This document shows positions 1-11,328 of a DNA stretch of 64,000 bases, in pieces. A program made the position numbers and the translations under genes. Within the stretch, counting starts at the first letter, position 1. Every line of letters begins with the position of its first letter. The notes under the pieces were generated by a model. It did no database searches and was not told the DNA's origin. It was given only the letters and a program-made list of their open reading frames with translations. Source of the stretch: Mobula hypostoma (lineage: Eukaryota); assembly GCF_963921235.1 (NCBI RefSeq), contig NC_086097.1:161946001-162010000 (forward strand), in the 5' to 3' direction.

Positions 1-405
1 TCTACTTTCCCCACAACCACTCCACTAGATGCCCTGGCACATTGGTTCCCTGCAACACTAGTTTAAACCCTTTTGGAGCAGCACTAGTAAACCTTCCCAC
101 AAGGATATTGGTGCCCCTCTAACTTAGGACCAAATTGTCCCATTTGTACATGTCCCACCTTCCCAGAAAGAGAGCCCAATGATCCAAAAATCTGAAGCTC
201 TCCTTTCTACACCCTCTCTTTAGCCTTGCTTTAAACTGTACTGTCTTACTGCTTTTGGCTTACAATCACTACCCTGGTGGTCCAGTCATTTAACTTAGCA
301 CCTAACTCTCAGAACTCACGTTGCAGGATCTTGTCACTTTTCCTGTCTATGTCATTGGTACTGACCTGGATCATGACTTCTGGCTGCTTACCCTATCCCT
401 TAAGA
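1..405 (-). mobile_element. CR1-type LINE ORF1 (esterase-like) remnant
   Basis: Similar by eye to 20360-20730 (shared taacttagcacctaactc...gaactcac segment), which is the ORF1 region of the minus-strand CR1 at 18340-21000. Confidence 0.6.
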
Positions 406-1594
406 CAGTGGTCCCCAACCACCGGGCCGCAAAGCATATGCTACCGGGCCGTGAGGAAACAATATGATTTGGCGATAATGAAACGATATGAGTTTCAGCT
501 GCATCTTTCCTCATTCCCTGTCACACCCACTGTTGAGCTTGAACGCACGCGATGTCATTAAACATGCATCATCCATGTCAGCGCGGGAAGGAGATCAACT
601 CTTTGAGCTTGCAAATGACGACGGGCTGTTTGGCATAACATCTCTGCTGGCATTCTGGATCAAAGTCAAGGCTAAGTATCCTGAGATTGCCATGAAAGCA
701 CTGAAAACATTGCTTCCATTTCCAATATATCTCTGCAATGAATGCAACAAAAACTAAATTGCGGAATAGACTGGACATATGGAACCCCCTTTGAGTATCG
801 CTGTCTCCCATCACCCCTCGAGAGGACCGTCTTGTTGCAGGGAATCAAGCCCAGGGCTCCCACTGATTCAGCGATATTGGTGTGTTGCAATGATATTATA
901 TGTTCATACGGGGGAAATATGTGCTGTGTGTTTAACATCCAAACGTTACTTAAAATGTTATGATGCTATTGACTTGTAAGTGACCTATATAACCATATAA
1001 CAATTACAGCACGGAAACAGGCCATCTCTGCCCTTCTGGTCCGTGCCGAACGCTTACTCTCACCTAGTCCCACCGACCTGCACTCAGCCCATAACCCTCC
1101 ATTCCTTTCCTGTCCATATACCTATCCAATTTTTCTTTAAATGATAATGTCGAACCTGCCTCTACCACTTCTACTGAAAGTTCGTTCAACTCTTAGTTCA
1201 AGCTCCCCTGTCCTCCCCGGACTTATCACTATATTCATGTGAGGAAAATATGCACTGCGTGTTTAATATTAAATTCGTTAGATAAACCCTTTTAGAAACG
1301 AAATTGAGTGTATTAGCCTCTTATCACCTATATTCTGTTCGTGATTAACCCCCCCGAACAGAATCACCAAAAACTATTTGTAGAAAAAAATGGGCACGTT
1401 ACACGCATGCGCACACGTGCCCACGCAAGACTTCATGGTCATGGTAGTCTTTCTTGGGGTAAACACAACGTATTTGACTGCTACTGTTCTCCGTTGGCAA
1501 CCCTACCCCCCTCCCCGCCCCCGGGTTGGCCGGTCCGCAAGAATATTGTCAATATTAAACCAGTCCGCAGTGCAAAAAAGGTTGGGGACCCCTG
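406..1594 (+). mobile_element. Non-autonomous hAT (Charlie3/MER1-like) DNA transposon
   Basis: 15-bp TIRs cagtggtccccaacc / ggttggggacccctg (1 mismatch); 8-bp TSD ccttaaga/tcttaaga; internal hAT C-terminal dimerisation remnant LLAFWIKVKAKYPEIAMKALKTLLPFP (ORF 488-757). Confidence 0.92.
987..1188 (-). mobile_element. CR1 3'-end fragment nested in the hAT element
   Basis: Reverse complement resembles the CR1 3' ends elsewhere in the window (e.g. 11520-11720): ORF2 C-terminus plus 3' UTR. Confidence 0.65.
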
Positions 1595-2017
1595 TCTTAA
1601 GAATTCAATAGACTTGATCTGAGATCTGAGTTAGATTTATTGATCACATGTACATTGAAACATGCAGTGAAATGTGTCATTTGCATTAACAACCAACACA
1701 CATTGGGAGGTGCTGGGGGCAGCCCGCAACTGTTGCCACATGTTCCAGTACTAACATAGGATGCCCACAATGCTTTGCAGAACAACACAGAGCAAAGAAA
1801 AATACGATAAACCAAGTTTAAACATAATTTTAAAGCTATGTTAGGTCACCTCTCAGTTTTTTCTCCTCCACCCTTTACAGCTACTATGTATTTTTGGCAG
1901 AAACTTTACTGAGTTGATTTGGTGTATAAATAAAACCCAGAGATGTAACAGGTACGTTACATCTCTTGATCTTAACTGAGCAATTGAATCCAATTGCATA
2001 TCTGCGTTATTTTATAG

Positions 2018-2184
2018 GGTATTATTCAGAAGATTGTAGACTCTCATGAAGTAAAGAATGTGGCATGCTTTGGAATTCGACTCAGCCATATACATTCAGA
2101 AGAGGTTCATTGGTTGCATCCAGACATGGGTGTTTCACATGTGCGTGAGAAGTTTGAACAGCATCATCCTTCAGATGAATGGAG
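2018..2184 (+). CDS. PTK2: PTK2/FAK coding exon (FERM F1 lobe), 167 bp
   Basis: tttatag|GGT...TGGAG|gtaaga; translates GIIQKIVDSHEVKNVACFGIRLSHIHSEEVHWLHPDMGVSHVREKFEQHHPSDEW(R), matching the FAK N-terminal FERM sequence. Its phase joins the next exon. Confidence 0.97.
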
Positions 2185-2689
2185 GTAAGAAACACTGAGA
2201 TTCTTCAGAGCTTAACGTCTGGTCTTTATAAATCACTGGTTAGTAATCTAATCAAGCACATAGAAAGTGACTAACCCATAGTCTTCAGTGATGTATGATT
2301 TTGTTCTCTCCCTATATTTGTCATGTTATCTGACCCTACAGTTCTGTCTAATGTGGACACAAAGGATCAATTGCCTCACTTGTGTGACTCTAATCTTATG
2401 TGATATTTTCATTCCTTCACATTTTGCCTTCTGTATACACACAATTTCATCAGGTTAAACTATTCTCTCAGATTATTAATTAGTGTGTTTTTCCAAACCA
2501 ATAATTAGAAAGAAACATCAAGTAAAACATTGAAAACTTAATGAATTGTTAACATAATATTAAGATTTTACAAACTAGTTCTGCTGGCCATATTGAAGTA
2601 TCATATTACTGCAGACATAAAAAGTGTTACCCTTATTGAAGAAGGGCAGCAAGGATGCCAGGTATTTATGGGTTTGTGAGTCAACAGTG

Positions 2690-3490
2690 AGTAAGTTCCT
2701 GGAAAAGATTCTGAGGGATAGGATTGGTCAACACTTGGAAGGCTAGAGATTAATCAAACATGGCAAACGTAGTAGGAGATCCTGTCTGAACAATTTGATT
2801 TAACTTTTTGAAAAGATGGCAAAGTAGTTTGTTGTACTTAATATGGACTTTATTAAGTCTTTAACAATGTCCTACTTGGGAGACTGGTCCAAAAGTTTGG
2901 AGTCCATGAGGTCCAAAGCAATTTAGCAAATTGGATCCAAAGCAGGCTTGGTAATAATGCACAGACAGTAATAGTAGATGGTTGTTTGTGATTGGAAGCC
3001 TTTGACAGGGATAAGAGCTTGGTATTTTGTTGTATATATGAATAATTTGGATATGGAACTAGAGGTATGAAGAGTAAGTGGATGGCATGAAAATTGGAAG
3101 TGTCAATAGTGAGGAAAACAGTTGCGGGCAGCAGTTAAGGTCGATGAGTTGGTACAATGCACAGAGCAATGGCAGATGGAATTCAATCTTGTGTGGCATA
3201 ATCCTGTGTATGCTTCTGTTCACCATACTGGAATGGGCATAATTGCACTGCAGAGGATGCGGAAATGGTTCACCAGGATTTTGCTTGTGATTTTGATGAA
3301 GAGAAACTGATACTCCAGTTATGTTTTCGTTGAAGAAGAGAACCCTGAGAAGTGACATGATAGAGGCATATAAAATAAAGGAGCATAAATAGGGTAAAGA
3401 GTCATAAACCTTTTTGCTTTGTGGAAGATCCTTGATGTTCAGTATGGATCTGATAGGCTAAGAGGCTTGGTCTGGATCGATGACTCTGAA
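2690..3490 (+). mobile_element. Old degenerate CR1 LINE RT fragment
   Basis: Remnants of CR1 ORF2 motifs (QWQMEFN; LQRMRKWFTRIL for ERVQRRFTRML). Confidence 0.75.
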
Positions 3491-4009
3491 CAAATACCTA
3501 CCATATCTGACAGTTTCATTCATGAGGTGGAGGAGCATTTGGGAGGGATGCATTTTGGCTAAAGGAATACTTAATTATCATCTTGCAGCCATCATGCATG
3601 TTTAGTAGACTTAATTGAACACCTAGCCTTTTCTATGCCAACAACTGCATGTTCTTAAAAATTGCAAAGCACGTCCTCTGAAAGGAAACATGAACATCTG
3701 ATGCCCGAACAATATCAGGTTGTTGACACTGATTAATGACAAATAAGTTGGATATCCAAAGTAAGACAGCAGTGCCTATCAGTAATCTGTCAGTTTCCAT
3801 TATCTTCTGGGGGTTGCTCTGTACTTGAGATAAGACAGATAACATCTGGAGAGAAATTTGTTATTGTACTTCATTGACTTACAGGGCAATGTGTAGCTCC
3901 AAAGCTGCAGGGTCTTCAACTCTGCTCTGGATCAATAGCCAAAACCTTTGGCTATGAGTTCAATTGATTAACCACAATGCTCTTTTATACATCACAGGAA
4001 AGCAGCTCT

Positions 4010-4335
4010 TGGAGCTGCTGCAGTACAGATCCAGTGATCTGGATTCAATTCTCGCTTCCAGTGCTGTTTGTGTAGAGTTTAAACATTCTACCTGTGACTG
4101 TGTGGATTTCTAGGTGCTCCAGTTTCTGGGTTCTTCCCATGTTGTGAAGTAATGTAGGTTAGTTATGTTAATTGGCTACTGTTAATTTTTCTTAGGTGAG
4201 TGGTAGAATCTTGGGGAAAGTTGATGAGAACAATGGGAAGTTTTCAGTAAAAGGCAGAATTATCGTAAATATGTGCTGCTGGTTTCCATGGAATTGGTGG
4301 GCTGAAAAGCCAGTTTTATTGCTGTTTGCCCCTCT
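4010..4335 (+). mobile_element. tRNA-derived SINE (V-SINE/HE1-like), degenerate
   Basis: B-box-like ggattcaattct followed by a gtgtagagttt..cattct.cctgtgactg.gtgg.tttc core; a related copy lies at 35390-35660. Confidence 0.6.
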
Positions 4336-5469
4336 GACTTCCTGTATGCCTTTATTTCCTTACCCTATTGTGATTAAATTTAAGCAGTGTTTTTGACAAA
4401 CATTTTATATTTTCACTCCCTTTGTAATTTGTATCTCATTACCATTCTTTCACATTTGAGAAAGCTCATTTATTTGATTCTTGAGCATTACTTCACTCTG
4501 CTGATGACTTCTCTCTGAAGCCTTCAAGGCTTAGCTAGAGTTTTGTGCACATTGATGTGGCTTATAATTTCAAAGATAGCTTCTTCCAAATCTATTGTAG
4601 ACCTCCACAGAATAATCTAATCCTTTTTTTCTGTGATTTGATATATATTAGATTTAAGAATTCTGAAAGACCTGGAAACAATTTTTGATTTTGTTTCTCA
4701 GTGTGCAGTGCTAAATGAAGTTTGCTACGTTTCATCATAATTTTTTTTTGTTTTGTTATATATTTTATTTTCAGAAATCCAGTTAGTACTGCAGCAACTT
4801 GAGTTCAATTATTTAATGTCTTCATAGAACTTGCATGATCTACCTGTGATGTTGTGGGTTTTTGCTCACATCATAGGTGTTTGGTAGGTTACGATGGGTG
4901 TTGGTTGATGGTGAGAGGGTCGTTATAGTTTAGTGACATGTAAAAACCATTGGATTACAAGAAAATAATTGGGAAATGGAAATGCTGTGAAGTTGGGATT
5001 GATGCTTTGGGTCAAATGGCTTCCTAAAATGTCATATGAAAATAAAAGTTACTTTGCTGCAGTAATGGGAGAGATCTTAAGGATGTTCTTCGCAAAATTG
5101 GAAATATACTCAAATTGTACTTTCCACAAATTGTTCCGCATAAAGTTCTATCTTTGATAACAGTTTTTATGTTGGAAACTGTTCATTCACGAAAATGCTG
5201 AAGTTGCAGTATGTTTCAAAGATAATGTTAATGAAAGCTTATGATTTTAACACTCATACTGCTGCAGACTCGAGACTAGTCGTTCCAAAGTTTAACTTTG
5301 AACAGCTGTTTCGGGCTATGACATGAGGTTAATTTTTTTTTTGCTTTTTGGCATTTTGATAGATTATTTTGTAAGCCTTTCCATTCCAGGATTAATGAGG
5401 AATTGTATTAATTTGTTGACGTTCAGTTAATAACCTTAAAATATACATTACTCCTGATAATTTGTTCCA

Positions 5470-6500
5470 AATTTCAAAGTAAGTTTATTATCGAAGTACG
5501 TATATGTTACCATACTATATTCTACCCTGAGGTGCATTTTCTTGTGGGCATTCACAGTAGAATAAAAGAATACAATGGAATGAATGAAAAAACTACAAGC
5601 AGCCAACGTGCAAAAGAAGACAAACTGTCTAAATACAAAAAAAAAGTAACTAAATAATACTGAGGACATGAGCTGTAGAGTCCTTGAAAGTAAGTCCATA
5701 GGTTGTGGAATCAGTCCAGTGTTGAGGTGAGTGAAGATATTAATTCTAGTTCAGGAGCCTGATGGTTGAAGGGAATGGTTTGGAATCTAAGGCTCCTTTA
5801 CCTCCATAGCGATGGAAGGAGGGAGAAGGGAGTATAGCCCGAGATAGTGGGGGCCCCTTGATGATGGATGCCAGTTTCTTGTGGCAGTGCCTAATTTACA
5901 TGTGCTCAGTGGAAGGAGGGGTTTTCTTGTGATGGACTGGGCTGTATCCACTACTCTTTGTAGGCTTTTCCATTCGTGGGAATTGGTGTTTCCATACCAG
6001 GCTGTAAAGTAACTAGTCAGTATAGATTCCTCCTGTGCATCTATAGAAATTTGTTAGAGTTTTAGATGACATGCGCGAGCTTCTAAGAAAATAGAGCCTT
6101 CTTTGTAACAACACTTAAATGCTGGTCCCAGGAGAGATCCTCTGAAATGATAATGCCAGGGAATTTAAAGCCCTCATCTAATCCTTTAATGAAGGTTGAG
6201 TCATGGATCCCTGGTTCCCCCCTCCTCCCCTACTCCTCTCCCCCTCTCCCCCGCCCCCCCCCCCCATAGTGAACAATCAGTTCTTTGGTTTTGCAAACAT
6301 TGAGTGAGTGGCTTTTTTTTGTGACACTATTCAACCAGATTTTCAATCTCTCTCCTGTATGCCAATTCTCCAATTCGTCACTACTTTTGATTCAGCAAAG
6401 TGGTGTCATCAACGAACATAAATATGGCATTGGAACCCTATTTAGCCTCACAGTTATAAGCATCAAGTTGAAATTCAAGTTGAGTTTATTGTCATTGAAC
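5470..6500 (-). mobile_element. Rex1/Babar (L2-group) LINE 3' fragment
   Basis: Similar to minus-strand elements 59310-60100 and 24185-25730 (ttccataccaggctgt..., ggtcccaggagagatcctctga). Confidence 0.6.
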
Positions 6501-6879
6501 TACACACAGGATCTCACCTGAAACATTGACTCGTCATTCCCCTCCATAGATATTGCCTGGCTTGCTGAGTTCCTTCAGCATTTTGTGCATGTTGCTTAAG
6601 GTTTGCAACGCCTGCAGAATTTTGAGTTCAGGAATCATCAAAATTCAAGTATGCAAAACAGCAGTAGTGAATAAATATCATAAGAAATGGTGAATGAGAA
6701 GTGGGTTTGCAATGTTTAAAAGAAATTAAGAGAAAAGTTTGACAAAGTCCTTATCATAATCTTCCAGTTTTCTTTACCTTGCTCTCCAATATAGGCAGTT
6801 TGGGAGAGTCAACCAGGAATAAAATGTTAATTAGCCTAATAGCTTTTGTTGCAAATTACATGATTCAGTAAAATGACCA

Positions 6880-7380
6880 TTTTGCAGAGTAGATTTCTTC
6901 TGTCTGCAATGGTCATCTCCAGCTTCTAGTTGCATGCCATTTTAACTCTTCTTCCATCTTACACACTGACCTCTCTTTTCTCAGTCTTCTCTATTGCTTT
7001 TGAAAACCTAAAAGCAAATTGAAAGATTGGCATCTTACATTCTGCTCGAGTAACTTACAACTCAGTGCTGTCCTCCCCCATGTACAATTTTTCTTCTCTC
7101 TTGTGTTCATCCCTTCCATTCCCTTCTCCCAACTGGTTCTATCTTTCTATCATCCCCTCCCAAATTGGCTTCAATCACTTGCCAGCCCCTGCGCCAGCCC
7201 CCTTTCCCTCACCCAGGCCAATCTGCCACCTCATCCCTTCCCAATCTGGTGTCCATGATCCCCAACCAGCATCCATCCTATTCTTTTCATAGTGCTATAT
7301 GTTGGCAATCTTTCCATTTTCTTCTTAATTCTGATATAGCTTCTTGACCCAAAACATTCCTCACCTCTGGCCTCCTCTTA
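6880..7380 (+). mobile_element. Degenerate Penelope-like element 3' fragment (another short piece at 6510-6630)
   Basis: Remnant of LPVACHFNS and a pyrimidine-rich 3' UTR as in the other PLE copies. Confidence 0.55.
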
Positions 7381-7590
7381 TGTACAGTTAATCCAATTCT
7401 TTCTCTTGTCATTGGTAACCTCCGGGATATTAATAGTGGAGGATTTAGTGATGGTAATGCCATGGAATGTCAGGGGGTGATAGTTATTGTCATTGCCCAA
7501 CATTGTGTGCCACAAATATTACTTGCCACCTGTCAAGCTCAGGCCTGACTCTTGTCCAGTGACATTATCTGGTAATTGACTTCTTACGCC

Positions 7591-8718
7591 TTTAGTAAGG
7601 CATTTGACAAGGTTCCACAAGGTAGGCTTATTCAGAAAGTCAGAAGGCATGGGATCCAGGGAAGTTTGGCCAGGTGGATTCAGAATTGGCTTGCCTGCAG
7701 AAGGCAGAGGGTCATGGTGGAGAGAGTACATTCAGATTGGAGGATTATGACTAGTTCTGGGACCTGTTCTGGGACCTCTACTTTTTGTGATTTTCATTAA
7801 AGACGGGGATGTGGGGGTAGAAGGGTGGGTTGGCAAATCTGCAGACGACACAAAGATTGATGGTGTTGTAGATAGTGTAGAGGATTGTCGAAGATTGCAG
7901 AGAGACATTGATAGGATGCAGAAGTGGGCTGAGAAGTGGCAGATGGAGTTCAACCCGGAGAATTGTGAGGTGGTACGCTTTGGAAGGACGAACTCCAAGG
8001 CAGAGTACAAAGTAAATGGAAGGATACTCGGTAGTGTGAAGGAGCAGAGGTATCTGGGGGTACATGTCCACAGATCCCTGAAAGTTGCCTCACAGGTGGA
8101 TAGGGTAGTTAAGAAAGCTTATGGGGTGTTAGCTTTCATAAATCGAGGGATAGAGTTTAAGAGTCGCGATGTAATGATGCAGCTCTATAAAACTCTGGTT
8201 AGACCACACTTGGAGTACTGTGTCCATTTCTGGTCACCTCACTATTGGAAGGATGTGGAAGCATTGGAAAGGGTACAGAGGAGATTTACCAGGATGCTGC
8301 CTGGTTCAGAGAGTATGCATTATGATCAGAGATTAAGGGAGCTAGGGCTTTACTCTTTGGAGAAAAGGAGGATGAGAGGAGACATGATAGATGTGTACAA
8401 GATGTTAAGAGGAGTAGATAGAGTGGCTAGCCAGCACCTCTTCCCCAGGGCACCACTGCTCAATACAAGAGGACATGGCTTTAAGGTTATGGGTGGGAAG
8501 TTCAAGGGGGATATTAAAGGAACGTTTTTTTATTCAGAGAGTGGATGGTGCGTGGAATGCAATGCCTGAGTCAATGGTGGAGGCAGGTACACTAGTGACA
8601 TTTAAGAGACTACAAGACAGGAATATGGAGGAAATTAAAGTGGGGGGTTTTATGGGAGGCAGGGTTTGAGGATCGGTACAACATTGTGGGCCGAAGGCCC
8701 TGTAATATGCTGTACTAT
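7591..8718 (+). mobile_element. 5'-truncated CR1 LINE (RT C-terminal half and 3' UTR), young
   Basis: ORFs 7576-7800 and 7787-8569 with FSKAFDKVP, ADDTK, WQMEFN, VRPHLEYC, ERVQRRFTRM; near-identical to 22841-23980. Confidence 0.95.
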
Positions 8719-9721
8719 TACCAGGAAAGTGGATGAAGGGAAGGCAATGGATGTTGTCTACATGGACTTCAGTAAGGCCTTTGACAAGGTTCCGCATGGA
8801 AGGTTAGTTAGGAAAATTTAGTCGCTCGGTATACATGGAGAGGTGGTAAATTGGATTAGACATTGGCTCAATGGAAGAAGCCAAAGAGTGGTAGTAGAGA
8901 ATTGCTTCTCAGAGTGGAGGCCTGTGACTAGTGGTGTGCCACAGGGATCAGTGCTGGGTCCATTGTTATTTGTCATCTATATCAATGATCTGGATGATAA
9001 TGTGGTAAGTTGGATCAGCAAATTTGCTGATGATGCAAAGATTGGAGGTGTAGTGTACAGTGAGGAAGGTTTTCAAAGCTTACAGAGGGACTTGGACCAG
9101 CTGGAAAAATGGGCTGAAAAATCGCAAATGGAGTTTAATACAGACAAGTGTGAGGTATTGCACTTTAGAAGGACAGACCAAGGTAGAACATACAGGGTAA
9201 ATGGTAAGGCACTGAGGAGTGCAGTGGAACAGATGGATCTGGGAATACAGATACAAAATTCCCTAAAAGTGGCATCACAGGTAGATAAGGTCATAAAAAA
9301 AGCTTTTGGTACATTGGCCTTTATTAATCAAAGTATTGAGTATAAGAGTTGGAATGTTATGATGAGGTTGTATAAGGCATTGGTGAGGCCAAATCTCGAG
9401 TATTGTGTTCAGTTTTGGTCACCAAATTACAGGAAGGATATTAATAAGGTTGAAAGAGTGCGGAGAAGGTTTACAAGGATGTTGCCGGGACTTGAGAAAC
9501 TCAGTTACAGAGAAAGGTTGAATAGGTTAGGACTTTATTCCCTGGAGCGTAGAAGAATGAGGGGAGATTTGATAGAGGTATATAAAATTATGACGGGTAC
9601 AGATAGAGTGAATGCAAGCAGGCTTTTTCCACTGAGGCAAGGGGAGAAAAAAACCAGAGGAACATACATCAAAGTTGCTGGTAAACGCAGCAGGCCAAGC
9701 AGCATCTATAGGAAGAGGCGC

Positions 9722-9757
9722 AGTCGACGTTTCAGGCCGAGACCCTTCGTCAGGACT
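9722..9757 (-). ncRNA. Minimal hammerhead ribozyme motif, inverted copy with intact core
   Basis: Exact reverse complement of 11293-11328. Confidence 0.78.
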
Positions 9758-11292
9758 AACTGAAGGAAGAGTGAGTAAGGGATTTGAAAGCTGGAGGGGG
9801 AGGGGGAGATACAAAATGATAGGAGAAGACAGGAGGGGGAGGGATAGAGCCGAGAGCTGGACAGGTGATAGGCAAAAGGGGATACGAGAGGATCATGGGA
9901 CAGGAGGTCCGGGAAGAAAGACGGGGGGGGGTGACCCAGAGGATGGGCAAGAGGTATATTCAGAGGGACAGAGGGAGAAAAAGGAGAGTGAGAGAAAGAA
10001 TGTGTGCATAAAAATGAGTAACAGCTGGGGTACGAGGGGGAGGTGGGGCCTAGCGGAAGTTAGAGAAGTCAATGTTCATGCCATCAGGTTGGAGACTACC
10101 CAGACGGAATATAAGGTGTTGTTCCTCCAACCTGAGTGTGGCTTCATCTTTACAGTAGAGGAGGCCATGGATAGACATGTCAGAATGGGAATGGGATGTG
10201 GAATTAAAATGTGTGGCCACTGGGAGATCCTGCTTTCTCTGGCGGACAGAGCGTAGATGTTCAGCAAAGCGGTCTCCCAGTCTGCGTCGGGTCTCACCAA
10301 TATATAAAAGGCCACATCGGGAGCACCGGACGCAGTATATCACCCCAGTCGACTCACAGGTGAAGTGATGCCTCACCTGGAAGGACTGTTTGGGGCCCTG
10401 AATGGTGGTAAGGGAGGGAGATCAGTGGGGAGGGATGGGGGGGACGAATGGACAAGGGAGTTGTGTAGGGAGCGATCCCTGCGGAATGCAGAGAGAGGGG
10501 GGGAGGGAAAGATGTGCTTAGTGGTGGGATCCCGTTGGAGGTGGCGGAAGTTACGGAGAATAATATGTTGGACCCGGAGGCTGGTGGGGTGGTAGGTGAG
10601 GACCAGGGGAACCCTATTCCTAGTGGGGTGGTGGGAGGATGGAGTGAGAGCAGATGTACGTGAAATGGAGGAGATGCGTTTAAGAGCAGAGTTGATAGTG
10701 GAGAAAGGGAAGCCCCTTTCTTTAAAAAATGAAGACATCTCCCTCGTCCTAGAATGAAAAGCCTCATCCTGAGAGCAGATGCGGCGGAGACGGAGGAATT
10801 GCGAGAAGGGGATGGCGTTTTTGCAAGAGACAGGGTGAGAAGAGGAATAGTCCAGATAGCTGTGAGAGTCAGTAGGCTTATAGTAGACATCAGTGGATAA
10901 GCTGTCTCCAGAGACAGAGACAGAACAACACCTTATATTCCGTCTGGGTAGCCTCCAACCTGATGGCATGAACATTGACTTCTCTAACTTCCGCTAGGCC
11001 CCACCTCCCCCTCGTACCCCAGCTGTTACTCATTTTTATGCACACATTCTTTCTCTCACTCTCCTTTTTCTCCCTCTGTCCCTCTGAATATACCTCTTGC
11101 CCATCCTCTGGGTCACCCCCGCCCCCCGTCTTTCTTCCCGGACCTCCTGTCCCATGATCCTCTCGTATCCCCTTTTGCCTATCACCCGTCCAGCTCTCGG
11201 CTCTATCCCTCCCCCTCCTGTCTTCTCCTATCATTTTGCATCTCCCCCTCCCCCTCCAGCTTTCAAATCCCTTACTCACTCTTCCTTCAGTT

Positions 11293-11328
11293 AGTCCTGA
11301 CGAAGGGTCTCGGCCTGAAACGTCGACT
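11293..11328 (+). ncRNA. Minimal type-I hammerhead ribozyme motif (PLE-associated), intact core
   Basis: AGUC-CUGACGA-AGG(GUCUCGG)CCU-GAAA-C-GUC-GACU: stem I AGUC/GACU, conserved CUGANGA and GAAA boxes, GUC cleavage triplet, stem III reduced to palindromic ACGU. Confidence 0.8.
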
